Origin: an uncultured Desulfatiglans sp.
Lineage (GTDB): Bacteria; Desulfobacterota; DSM-4660; Desulfatiglandales; HGW-15
Direction of reading: 5' to 3'
Length of the DNA: 64,000 bases
NCBI GenBank assembly: GCA_964460435.1
Contig: CAYWRH010000002.1
Coordinates: forward strand, 15,500-79,499
Shown here: one piece after another, positions 38,387 to 46,932 of the stretch
Layout: each line of letters starts with the position of its first letter
How positions within the stretch are numbered: the first letter of the stretch is position 1
The notes under the pieces: model-generated
What the model was told of the DNA's origin: nothing
The model's database searches: none
Seen by the model: the letters and a program-made list of their open reading frames with translations, nothing else
Position numbers and translations under genes: made by a program

Positions 38387-38842
38387 TTAACGTGTTTCAG
38401 TGTTTTTTAGATATGAAACATCTATTTTGTCTTGCTCTCTCCCACTCGCTTCCTTAGCCCGAATAAGGTCGGATTTGGATATAAAAAATATTTTTGATTC
38501 ATTCAATTCTACAACTTCACGATTTTTCCAAGCCTCATCAAACTCTACTCCTGGAATTGACATCATTATATCAACACGTAATGGAGGTCTACCCATTTGA
38601 TAGAAATAACCTTTTTGTGAAAAGTTATCCGCAGTAAGTTTTTCAAGGGGTGCACCAAATTCCTTTAAAGCGGTGTAAACACTATTTGCATTTTCCCGAT
38701 CAGTTGCAATAAATAAATCAAGCTCCTTCGTAAATCGTGGTTCGCTGTATTTCATCACTGCATATCCGCCTACTATTAGATAGCGGACTTTATACTTTTC
38801 GAAAGCTTTCAACAGTTCTCTGAAGTCGGGACTCGTCAGCAT
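38387..38842 (-). CDS. nucleotidyltransferase-fold protein (toxin-antitoxin-like pair member)
   Basis: 151 aa. FRELLKAFEKYKVRYLIVGGYAVMKYSEPRFTKELDLFI fits the minimal nucleotidyltransferase pattern (GG...D.D-like). It is paired with a small upstream ORF. Confidence 0.75.
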   Translation of the reverse strand: MLTSPDFRELLKAFEKYKVRYLIVGGYAVMKYSEPRFTKELDLFIATDRENANSVYTALKEFGAPLEKLTADNFSQKGYFYQMGRPPLRVDIMMSIPGVEFDEAWKNREVVELNESKIFFISKSDLIRAKEASGREQDKIDVSYLKNTETR

Positions 38843-38987
38843 TTATTTCTCGAATAAGAAAATAATCATTAAGCATTTCTGTAACAGCATTAAAAATTGC
38901 CAAATCTCCCTGGGATTGCCAGAAACGGATATCAAATATGCGTTTATCATCTGCTATACGTTGATAATTTTCCTCTATATTTTTCAT
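38790..38987 (-). CDS. small partner protein of the nucleotidyltransferase
   Basis: 65 aa (MKNIEENYQRIADDKRIFDIRFWQSQGD...RLQRTVESFRKV). It overlaps the downstream gene by 53 nt in a different frame. Confidence 0.6.
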   Translation of the reverse strand: MKNIEENYQRIADDKRIFDIRFWQSQGDLAIFNAVTEMLNDYFLIREINADESRLQRTVESFRKV

Positions 38988-39067
38988 CTCAATACCCTGA
39001 TAGTATAAGCCTTAATTATTCTTAATGTCTGGGATTTCCATTTAATTGTTAAGCTTTTTATTTATTT

Positions 39068-39137
39068 GCATCATACCTGTCAGGGTAAAAATAATCAACT
39101 TTGAATATTTATTGACTTGCCATGACCGGGGGTTTTA
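39068..39137. repeat. 70-bp direct repeat, copy B (contains candidate bioA promoter)
   Basis: It matches 38300-38369 at 68 of 70 positions and ends 44 nt before the bioA ATG. Confidence 0.9.
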
Positions 39138-39141
39138 GTAT
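39112..39141 (+). promoter_or_regulatory. candidate sigma70-type promoter of the bio operon
   Basis: TTGACT (39112-39117), an 18-nt spacer, then TAGTAT (39136-39141), ~40 nt upstream of bioA. The -35 lies inside the duplicated 70-bp segment. Confidence 0.4.
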
Positions 39142-39181
39142 TGTAGCCTATTTTTTAAAGAAGGTATAAGGCAGGTTTTTG

Positions 39182-40465
39182 ATGAATTTAAGTTCTTATG
39201 AACAGTTGATAGGTTTTGACAGGGAGCATGTCTGGCACCCGTATGCCTCAATGACCTCGCCCCTGCCTGTTTACCCGGTTGCATCAGCAAACGGTGTAAG
39301 GCTCAGGCTTATGGATGGAACCGAGCTGATTGATGGCATCTCATCATGGTGGTCGGCAATACACGGCTATAACCACCCTGTGCTCAACAGGGCTATTGAA
39401 ACCCAGTTAAAAGAGATGGCCCATGTCATGTTTGGCGGGCTTACACATAAACCGGCAATTGAGCTAGCTTCCCTCCTAGTCGAGATCACCCCTCATGGCC
39501 TTGAAAAGGTCTTTTTCTGTGACTCCGGCTCTGTGGCGGTTGAGATCGCTATAAAGATGGCAATCCAGTACTGGTATGCTGCTGGCAAGCCGGAAAAAAA
39601 GAGGCTGCTCACAATAAAATCCGGTTATCATGGCGACACCTTTATGGCCATGTCTGTATGTGACCCTGAAGGTCTGCACCAGATGTTCAAAGAGGTAATC
39701 CCAAAACAGTTTTTTGCGGATGCCCCGGCTACAGGGTATAACGAGGAGTGGAATGAAAATGATATTAAGGGCATGGAGCAAATCCTTCATGATCACCACC
39801 ATGAGATAGCCGCCATTATCATTGAGCCTGTTTTACAGGGGGCAGGCGGCATGCGGTTTTACTCTCCTCAATATGTAAAAAGGGTGCGTGAGCTTTCCAA
39901 AAAATATAATGTGCTTTTTATAGCAGATGAAATAGCAACAGGTTTTGGCCGGACAGGGAGCCTCTTTGCCTGTGAAAAGGCGGGAATCTGCCCGGATATC
40001 ATGTGTGTGGGCAAGGCCATTACAGGGGGCTACATGAGCCTTGCCGCCACCATTGCAACAAAAGAGGTGGCAGAGACCATATCATCCGGCAAAGAGGGGG
40101 CATTTATGCATGGCCCTACATTTATGGCAAACCCACTTGCCTGCTCTGTTGCTGTTGCAAGCATAAAGCTCCTTTTATCCATGCCCTGGAAAAGGAGGAT
40201 AGGTGAAATTGAGGCAAGGCTAAAACAGGGGTTAATGGCCTGTGCGAATGGCTCCAAAGTGGCTAATGTCAGGGCGCTTGGCGCAATCGGTGTTATAGAG
40301 ATGAAAAAGCCGGTTGATCAGAAATCTGTCCAGGAGAGGATTGCAGGATTGGGCGTATGGCTCAGGCCATTTGGCAGGGTTATCTACACCATGCCGCCTT
40401 ACATAATCCAGGATCATGAGCTTGATATAATAATAGATGCAATGATAAAGGTTGCAGAGGGGTAA
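39182..40465 (+). CDS. bioA: adenosylmethionine-8-amino-7-oxononanoate aminotransferase
   Basis: ~427 aa. HVWHPY is near the N-terminus, with DEIATGFGRTG and the PLP-lysine region (CVGKAITGG). Confidence 0.95.
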   Translation: MNLSSYEQLIGFDREHVWHPYASMTSPLPVYPVASANGVRLRLMDGTELIDGISSWWSAIHGYNHPVLNRAIETQLKEMAHVMFGGLTHKPAIELASLLVEITPHGLEKVFFCDSGSVAVEIAIKMAIQYWYAAGKPEKKRLLTIKSGYHGDTFMAMSVCDPEGLHQMFKEVIPKQFFADAPATGYNEEWNENDIKGMEQILHDHHHEIAAIIIEPVLQGAGGMRFYSPQYVKRVRELSKKYNVLFIADEIATGFGRTGSLFACEKAGICPDIMCVGKAITGGYMSLAATIATKEVAETISSGKEGAFMHGPTFMANPLACSVAVASIKLLLSMPWKRRIGEIEARLKQGLMACANGSKVANVRALGAIGVIEMKKPVDQKSVQERIAGLGVWLRPFGRVIYTMPPYIIQDHELDIIIDAMIKVAEG

Positions 40466-41636
40466 TTTTTGCAAATTGAATAAATACAGTTTTATATCCG
40501 CTGCACTTGAAGAGCGGAAAAACCGGCACCTTCTTCGCAGCCTTAAGACCGTGGTTCCCCTGACTGGCGGCGAGGTGGAGGTAAATGGGCGCAGGATGGT
40601 CAACTTTTGCTCAAATGACTACCTTGCCCTTTCAAACCACCCCATTCTTAAACAGCGGATGATTGAATATACTGAAAGGTATGGTGCAGGCTCTACCGCA
40701 TCTAGGCTTGTGTGCGGGAACCTTAGCTGCTTTGACGAACTTGAGGCAAGGCTGGCAAGGCTTACAGGCCAGGAGGGGGCCATTGTCTTTAACTCCGGGT
40801 TCCAGGCAAATGTATCCCTTCTTCCTGCCATTACCGATCCAGATACGCTTATCCTTTCTGATCTTTTAAATCATAACAGCATTATTCAGGGTTGCAAGCT
40901 CTCCCGCTGTCATGTGGCGCCATTTCAGCATAATGACCTTGATCACCTTGAAGGTATCCTTAAAAAAGGCGCAGCGAACTATACAAGAAGAATTATTGTA
41001 ACGGAATCCATATTCAGCATGGATGGTGACATGTGTGACATTGATAATCTCATCACATTATCAGAAAGGTTTAATGCCCTGCTCGTTGTTGATGAGGCCC
41101 ATGCAACAGGTGTTATTGGTAAAAACGGGATGGGCGTCAGCAGCAATAAAGATGTTGATATGGTCATGGGCACATTCTCAAAGGCTGTGGGCGCATTCGG
41201 GGCATATGTCTCATCAAACAATATGATGAGGGATTATATAATCAATTTCTGCAACGGATTCATATACACTACCGCACTTCCGCCAGGTGTAATCGGCGCA
41301 ATAGATGCCGCCATTGAGATGATACCGCAGATGGATAAGGAGCGTGAAGGGCTCATGGCAAATTCCGCAAGGCTCCGGAAGGGGCTGGCAGGACTGGGGT
41401 ATGATACTGGAAAATCCGTAACGCACATAATCCCTGTGATTATCGGGGATGAAGCAGAGGCATTAAGGCTATCCGCATGGCTTTTAGATAACAATGTGCT
41501 TTTAACCACCTTCCGCCCCCCCACTGTGCCTGAGGGCGGATCAAGGATACGAATTGCCATAACCGCTGCCCACAATGAGGGGCATATTGATATGTTACTT
41601 GATCTCTTCAGGAGGTGGCAGGAGATTAACCAATAA
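40452..41636 (+). CDS. bioF: 8-amino-7-oxononanoate synthase
   Basis: ~390 aa with FCSNDYLALS, DEAHATG and the PLP-lysine GTFSKAVG. No in-frame ATG lies near the 5' end, so the start is TTG at 40452 or 40476 (uncertain). Confidence 0.92.
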   Translation: MQRGNFCKLNKYSFISAALEERKNRHLLRSLKTVVPLTGGEVEVNGRRMVNFCSNDYLALSNHPILKQRMIEYTERYGAGSTASRLVCGNLSCFDELEARLARLTGQEGAIVFNSGFQANVSLLPAITDPDTLILSDLLNHNSIIQGCKLSRCHVAPFQHNDLDHLEGILKKGAANYTRRIIVTESIFSMDGDMCDIDNLITLSERFNALLVVDEAHATGVIGKNGMGVSSNKDVDMVMGTFSKAVGAFGAYVSSNNMMRDYIINFCNGFIYTTALPPGVIGAIDAAIEMIPQMDKEREGLMANSARLRKGLAGLGYDTGKSVTHIIPVIIGDEAEALRLSAWLLDNNVLLTTFRPPTVPEGGSRIRIAITAAHNEGHIDMLLDLFRRWQEINQ

Positions 41637-42283
41637 TGAGAGAGACAAAATTAAAATTTCCAGAGAGGCTATTCATTACAGGCACAGACACAGGCATTGG
41701 CAAGACCCTTGTCTCTGCTATGCTAATGTCAGGCATTAAGGCAAGGTACTGGAAACCTGTGCAGAGCGGGTTAACGGACATTACAGATACTGAGTGGGTT
41801 AAAAAACACACGGGTATTGATGAATCTTGTTTTTTTCCTGAAACCTACAGGCTTGGGGCTCCCCTTTCACCCCATGAATCAGCCGCGCTTGAGGGCAAAC
41901 ATATTGATATTGAACAGTTTATCATCCCGCAGGTTTCTCAGGGCGAAACCCTCCTGATAGAGGGGGCGGGCGGCATAATGGTGCCACTGAATGAAAAAGA
42001 GCTTATGATTGATCTTATGAAAAGATGTAATGCACCTGTATTAATTGTAGCAAGGAGCGGCCTTGGAACAATCAACCATACATTATTATCAATAAGCCGG
42101 CTGAGACAGGAGAATATCGGGATATTCGGTGTTGTAATGAACGGCCCGCTTAATAAAGGTAACCGTGATGCAATAGAGCATTTTGGCGGCGTAAAGGTGA
42201 TAGCAGAGGTAGAGCCGCTGGTGATCATAACCCCGGAAATACTAAAAGAGAGTTTCAGCAGATATTTTGGAAAGAGGATATGA
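41636..42283 (+). CDS. bioD: dethiobiotin synthase
   Basis: 215 aa with P-loop GTDTGIGKT and EGAGG. Its start overlaps the bioF stop (TAATG). Confidence 0.9.
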   Translation: MRETKLKFPERLFITGTDTGIGKTLVSAMLMSGIKARYWKPVQSGLTDITDTEWVKKHTGIDESCFFPETYRLGAPLSPHESAALEGKHIDIEQFIIPQVSQGETLLIEGAGGIMVPLNEKELMIDLMKRCNAPVLIVARSGLGTINHTLLSISRLRQENIGIFGVVMNGPLNKGNRDAIEHFGGVKVIAEVEPLVIITPEILKESFSRYFGKRI

Positions 42284-43263
42284 AAAATAACAGATACTAT
42301 TTAGAACTGGCAGAGGGCATTCTGGATGGAAAGGCCCTGGATGACTCAACATACCTGAAAATCCTTTCAGCCCCTGATGATGAGCTTTTATCCATCATGG
42401 GTGGAGCAGATATTCTAAGACAATATTTTTTCGGTAGAAAGATTCACCTCTGCACCATCTGCAATGGCAAATCAGGCAAGTGTTCTGAGGACTGTAAATT
42501 CTGTTCGCAGTCCTCCTTTTCAAATACAACAGCGCCAGTCTACCCTGTTTTGCCAAGGGAGGAGCTGTTAAGGGGCGGCCTCTATGCACAGGAGAGCCCA
42601 ATAAACAGATACTCCATCGTTACAACAGGGAGAGGTCTACCCCGCCGTGATGTAGAGGCGGTAATTGATGCCATGAAGGGGCTTGACCATAAAAAAATAA
42701 AAAAGTGCGTGTCACTGGGCATCCTAAAGGATGAGGATATGCAGCTTATAGTGAAGTCAGGCATAACCAGGTATCACCACAATCTGGAAACAAGCAGGAG
42801 CCTTTTTAATAAGGTGTGCACAACCCACGCCTATGACGAGAGAATAGCAACAATAAAGGCTGCAAAACGGGCAGGCATGGAGGTCTGTGCGGGTGGTATA
42901 TTCGGGATAGGTGAAACCGATGAGCAGATCCTTGAGCTTGCATCTGATATAAAGGGGCTTGATGTTGACTCAATACCCCTCAACTTTCTTGTGCCCATAC
43001 CGGGCACACCATATGGCGGGATGAACAGCCTTACACCAATTAAATGTCTCAAGATAATCGCCTTTTTCAGGTATTATCTACCCGATAAGGAGATCATCAT
43101 CTGCGGCGGACGTGAAAAGAATCTTAAGGAGCTGCACCCCCTTATATTTTTTGCGGGCGCAAGCGGCATGATGACAGGAAACTATCTGACCACAGAAGGG
43201 AGAACCCTTGAGCATGATCTTGCGCTCATAAGGGAACTTGGTTTTAGTGTGAGGGAGAAATAG
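42280..43263 (+). CDS. bioB: biotin synthase (radical SAM)
   Basis: 327 aa with the CxxxCxxC cluster motif (CSEDCKFC). A 4-nt overlap with bioD is present. Confidence 0.95.
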   Translation: MKNNRYYLELAEGILDGKALDDSTYLKILSAPDDELLSIMGGADILRQYFFGRKIHLCTICNGKSGKCSEDCKFCSQSSFSNTTAPVYPVLPREELLRGGLYAQESPINRYSIVTTGRGLPRRDVEAVIDAMKGLDHKKIKKCVSLGILKDEDMQLIVKSGITRYHHNLETSRSLFNKVCTTHAYDERIATIKAAKRAGMEVCAGGIFGIGETDEQILELASDIKGLDVDSIPLNFLVPIPGTPYGGMNSLTPIKCLKIIAFFRYYLPDKEIIICGGREKNLKELHPLIFFAGASGMMTGNYLTTEGRTLEHDLALIRELGFSVREK

Positions 43264-43270
43264 ATCTGCC

Positions 43271-45865
43271 CTATCTCAATACCACACTGTTACTGATGCC
43301 AAGATTTGTCAGCTCCGTGCTCAGTTCATCTGCCCCGGCCTTTGTAAGAAATGCGCCTACAAGGAGATTATCGTAATTTTCATCCGAAATAATATATGGT
43401 GAGAAATCATTTTGTTTCAGGATATTTATCATGCCCAGAAGGGCCTCTTTGTCAGTAAAACTCCCTGTATATACAGCATAGGCGGTCTTTTTTATCTCGC
43501 CATCCTTTATGGCCTTTTCATTGATAAAGGCCTCTGCGCCCTCTTTATCAGCAAACTCGCCTGAATAGACCCTGTACCATATCCCCTTTTCACCAAGATT
43601 TACCTTTACCCAGAAGGCGTCGATACCTGCCTTTGAATACTTATCAAGTGCACTCCTTGCCTGAGCAGTACTGTCAAATGACCCAAGGTAAACAGAATAT
43701 GGGTATCTGCCCTCCTGATAAACAAGCCCTGCCTCTGTCTCAGCGGGCGAAGGGGGTTCAGGGGCAATCACCTTTTCATTAGGTTTTTCCTCCTGCACAT
43801 TTGAGGCAGGAAGCTCTGGCTCCCGGCGCTTTACTTCGGCTCTATCCGGCTTTTGAGGTTTAAACACCGCATCTCTTTCACTGCTATTCACAACCTCCTT
43901 AATCTCGGGCCTTCCGGGAAAGATGGCATCATACTTCCAATACAATACGGCAATAATAATGATAATGGCAACAAGGGATATAAGCCCCCTTAAAAAGCCT
44001 TTCTTTTTATCAGGTGCATGAACTTCACTGCCGCCTGTTTGAGCCGCCTCATATTTTTCTCTGAGCGCATGCGGGATAAGGCCGGGCCTGACACGGTTAA
44101 GGACTATGCCCATGATATTGCTGCTTACCCGCGAAAGCTGCGCAAGGGTACGTTTAATGGCTCGCACAGAGACCTGTTCAGGGTTATATACTACAAATGT
44201 GCCATCTGCCTTTGCAGCCAGGATGGCAGCATCTGAGCTGGAAAGCAGGGGGGAAGAATCAAGGATTATAACATCATAGAAATTTTTTACCGTATCAAGA
44301 AACTCTGCAAACCCTTTTATACCAAGAAGTTCACCCTGTTTATCTGGCAGCGCCCCGCTTGTAATGATATTGAGTCTATCCAGGCCCGGCGTGGAGATAA
44401 GCTGGTCAAAGGTCATACCGCCCATAATCATATCTGTGACTGTCTTTACTGTCTCTTTCCATTTATAAGCTCCAAGCAGTATATCTGTCAGGCCGGGTGA
44501 TTCTTCAAGGTAAACCCTCCTGGAAAGATCAGGGTTTATAAGGTCTACCCCCACAAGAAGCGTCCTGAGGCCTGCCTGTGCAAGGCTTATTGCAAGGTTT
44601 ACAGATACCATTGTTCTGCCTTCGCCAGGGTAGCTGCCTGTTACCGCTATGGTCTTTATCTTCCCCCCTTCGCAGGCAGCCTGTATATTTGCCCTTAAGC
44701 CCCTGAAGCTCTCGGAAATAATTGTCCTGGGTTCAAGATGTGTAATAAGTGAAATGGATTTTTCAGATGATGCTCCTGCCCCTATCCGCCTGCTGCTCAC
44801 GGACGGAAAATCCTTTGGGTCTATGGCAGGGATTATCCCTATAACCCCAGTTTTCAGCTCCTTTTCCAGCTTATCAAGGAAGGCGTAAGAGTGGCCTATA
44901 TATTCAATTATTATGGTCAGGATCAGCCCGAGGACAATACCAGCTATAAGCCCTGTCAGCAGGATTTTCAGATAATCAGGTTTATTGAATGGCCGGAGGG
45001 GGCGCAGAGCCGGGCTTACAACCCTTGCATCATCCGGGTTTTCCGCCTTTCTTATCATGGCCTCCTGCCTCTTTTCCTCTAAAAAGGAGGCTATATTCCT
45101 TAACGATTCGACCTCCATCTTAAGCCGGTCAAATTCTATCTTTTTATCCATATGGAGGTCTATGTTCTCATTTACCTTTTCCAGTTCCTTTCCTATGGCG
45201 GCATCATTTTTACCACTCTTCCCCTCTATCTCATTTTTCTTCGAAAGCAGCGCCTCACCCTCAAGATCAATAGAGATTAGCCTGTTTTCCCTCATAAACC
45301 CTTCAAGCTCTTCCTCTTTAGCCTTAAGTTTATCGCCTGTGGTCTGCTGCTCTTCAATTATATGGGCAATAACCTCATCAAGCCTTTTATCATGGGCTTC
45401 CCTGTAGGATGCAATGAATGTAGAGGAGACTGTTTCTGCGATTCTAAAGGCCTTCTCGGGGTCTTTGTCCAGCACCTTTATGCGGAGGATATCTGTTTTG
45501 CCTTCCCTTTCAGTGTAAATTTTTGATCTTAAATCCTCAATAACCATCTGGTCTGCTGGTTTATCAGAATCGATCAAGGAGAGTTGTAAGGCAACCCTTT
45601 TAATAAAATCATGGCTCTGTATGATTACCTGCTGTGTCTCTATATTATCAGAAGGTGCAGAAAGAAGTCTGTTAATAAAACCGTCAGTGGCGCGGGCCTC
45701 ATCAATCTTTATGCTGCATGATGAAACATATACAGGCGTCAGGCCATTCCATGCTGCATATATAGCGCTAAAGAGCATGCAGGCTGCTATCACAGAGACA
45801 ATTCTGGCCCATCTTTTTTCAGCAACCATGAGGAATGCTGACGATTTGAATCGGTTGAAGATCAA
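43271..45865 (-). CDS. Wzz/PCP-type chain-length-determinant fused to a BY-kinase-like P-loop domain (Walker A K-to-R), third TM helix and two C-terminal SPOR domains
   Basis: 864 aa. TM1 spans ~aa 21-40, followed by a coiled-coil periplasmic region, then TM2 at ~aa 300-322. The CpsD/MinD-like domain has TGSYPGEGRT (R417, codon AGA at 44615-44617) and Walker B DVIILDSSP. TM3 spans ~aa 627-645. SPOR-like repeats are YSVYLGSFDSTAQARSALDKY...WYRVYSGEF and YAVYTGSFTDKEALLGM...LLVGAFLTKAGADEL. Confidence 0.8.
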   Translation of the reverse strand: MIFNRFKSSAFLMVAEKRWARIVSVIAACMLFSAIYAAWNGLTPVYVSSCSIKIDEARATDGFINRLLSAPSDNIETQQVIIQSHDFIKRVALQLSLIDSDKPADQMVIEDLRSKIYTEREGKTDILRIKVLDKDPEKAFRIAETVSSTFIASYREAHDKRLDEVIAHIIEEQQTTGDKLKAKEEELEGFMRENRLISIDLEGEALLSKKNEIEGKSGKNDAAIGKELEKVNENIDLHMDKKIEFDRLKMEVESLRNIASFLEEKRQEAMIRKAENPDDARVVSPALRPLRPFNKPDYLKILLTGLIAGIVLGLILTIIIEYIGHSYAFLDKLEKELKTGVIGIIPAIDPKDFPSVSSRRIGAGASSEKSISLITHLEPRTIISESFRGLRANIQAACEGGKIKTIAVTGSYPGEGRTMVSVNLAISLAQAGLRTLLVGVDLINPDLSRRVYLEESPGLTDILLGAYKWKETVKTVTDMIMGGMTFDQLISTPGLDRLNIITSGALPDKQGELLGIKGFAEFLDTVKNFYDVIILDSSPLLSSSDAAILAAKADGTFVVYNPEQVSVRAIKRTLAQLSRVSSNIMGIVLNRVRPGLIPHALREKYEAAQTGGSEVHAPDKKKGFLRGLISLVAIIIIIAVLYWKYDAIFPGRPEIKEVVNSSERDAVFKPQKPDRAEVKRREPELPASNVQEEKPNEKVIAPEPPSPAETEAGLVYQEGRYPYSVYLGSFDSTAQARSALDKYSKAGIDAFWVKVNLGEKGIWYRVYSGEFADKEGAEAFINEKAIKDGEIKKTAYAVYTGSFTDKEALLGMINILKQNDFSPYIISDENYDNLLVGAFLTKAGADELSTELTNLGISNSVVLR

Positions 45866-46932
45866 TTGGCCTCCTTGGTTGCCTTTGTTTCAGGCTGAAT
45901 GCATTTTTCAATATGAAGCGGTGGATTTGCCAAAAGGTCTATATAAAATCCCTCTTCCTTTTTTCGGCCTTCAGCGTCATAGAGTATCTCAAGCACAGGG
46001 CTCAGGGGGTGCCTCCAGTTGACAGAGATGACCCGCCCGATAAAACCATTATTGAGTCTCACGTGGGAGTTGACCGGGAAAATGGAGACCTCTTTCAGAA
46101 ATGCCTTTAAAGGCTTAACAGGAAAAAGCCCTCTCCCTGTTTCAGCTATCTGCCTCACTGCCTCATGGGGCAAATAAATATCTCTGTATGGCCTTTTAGC
46201 GATCATTGCACAATAGGTGTCTGCAATCGCAATTATGGATGCAAGTTCAGGGATACTGTCTCCCTTTATGCCACGTGGATAACCTGAGCCATTTGCCCTC
46301 TCATGGATGCATCTGGCAGCTTCAGCAAGCCAGGTGTATCTATCACCCATGGCAAGCAGGATATTGTAGCCTGTTTCAGGATGCCTTCTGATTATGGCAA
46401 TATCCTCATCAGACAATTTTTCAGTGCTGAAGATGATATCTTCAGGGATCATGTACATGCCCACGTTTTCAAGCATGGCAGCAAGGCCAAGCCTCATCAT
46501 CATCTTCATGTCATAGTTCATGGCCTTGCCTATCTTAAGTGCGGCAAAGGTGACATTGACTGTGTGGGAGGCAAGGTCATATGAATCCTTGACCCTGGAG
46601 ATGGCATAATCATAGATCCCCTCAACAATCCCCTTTTCCAGCACCATATGGAGATCTGAAAGCAGAGGGGCAGGGCTTATGGTCATATTGCCCTTTATGA
46701 TAGCAGCAATTTCGTTTGCCCTTTCCATAATGGCGATAAAATATCTCTCTGCCTCAGCGCCCTCAATTTTTTTCCGGGGGGGCTCTTTTATGACCTGGGA
46801 TACAATATTTACAGGTGTAAAAAGTGATGAATCGCTGAGCCGGAAGCCCTCCTCCTGTTTTGGAGGGGCAGGCTGCCTTTTGTCATTATCCTTTTTATCC
46901 CTGAGCCTGATTATATCAGAAAAGCGCACCAT
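45862..46932 (-). CDS. HD-GYP domain protein with degenerate metal-binding motif (HD replaced by EN)
   Basis: 356 aa. The alignable core is HTVNV...AAMLENVGM...RRHPETGY...IHERANGSGYPRG...IADTYCAM. E155-N156 (GAAAAC, 46465-46470) occupy the HD position, while GYP is retained. Confidence 0.8.
   Translation of the reverse strand: MVRFSDIIRLRDKKDNDKRQPAPPKQEEGFRLSDSSLFTPVNIVSQVIKEPPRKKIEGAEAERYFIAIMERANEIAAIIKGNMTISPAPLLSDLHMVLEKGIVEGIYDYAISRVKDSYDLASHTVNVTFAALKIGKAMNYDMKMMMRLGLAAMLENVGMYMIPEDIIFSTEKLSDEDIAIIRRHPETGYNILLAMGDRYTWLAEAARCIHERANGSGYPRGIKGDSIPELASIIAIADTYCAMIAKRPYRDIYLPHEAVRQIAETGRGLFPVKPLKAFLKEVSIFPVNSHVRLNNGFIGRVISVNWRHPLSPVLEILYDAEGRKKEEGFYIDLLANPPLHIEKCIQPETKATKEAN

Noticed and set aside
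39095-39120. TCAAC-N-TTGA partial symmetry inside the 70-bp repeat, considered as a BirA (bioO) operator.
   Set aside because: The symmetry covers only 4-5 bp per half-site, and I cannot match it to a BirA consensus from memory. The claim would need a position-weight-matrix scan.
39179-43263. The bioAFDB operon lacks any bioC/bioH/bioW/bioZ-type pimeloyl-supply gene, which could hint at a novel route.
   Set aside because: Those genes are frequently unlinked. Absence from a 64-kb window says nothing about the genome.
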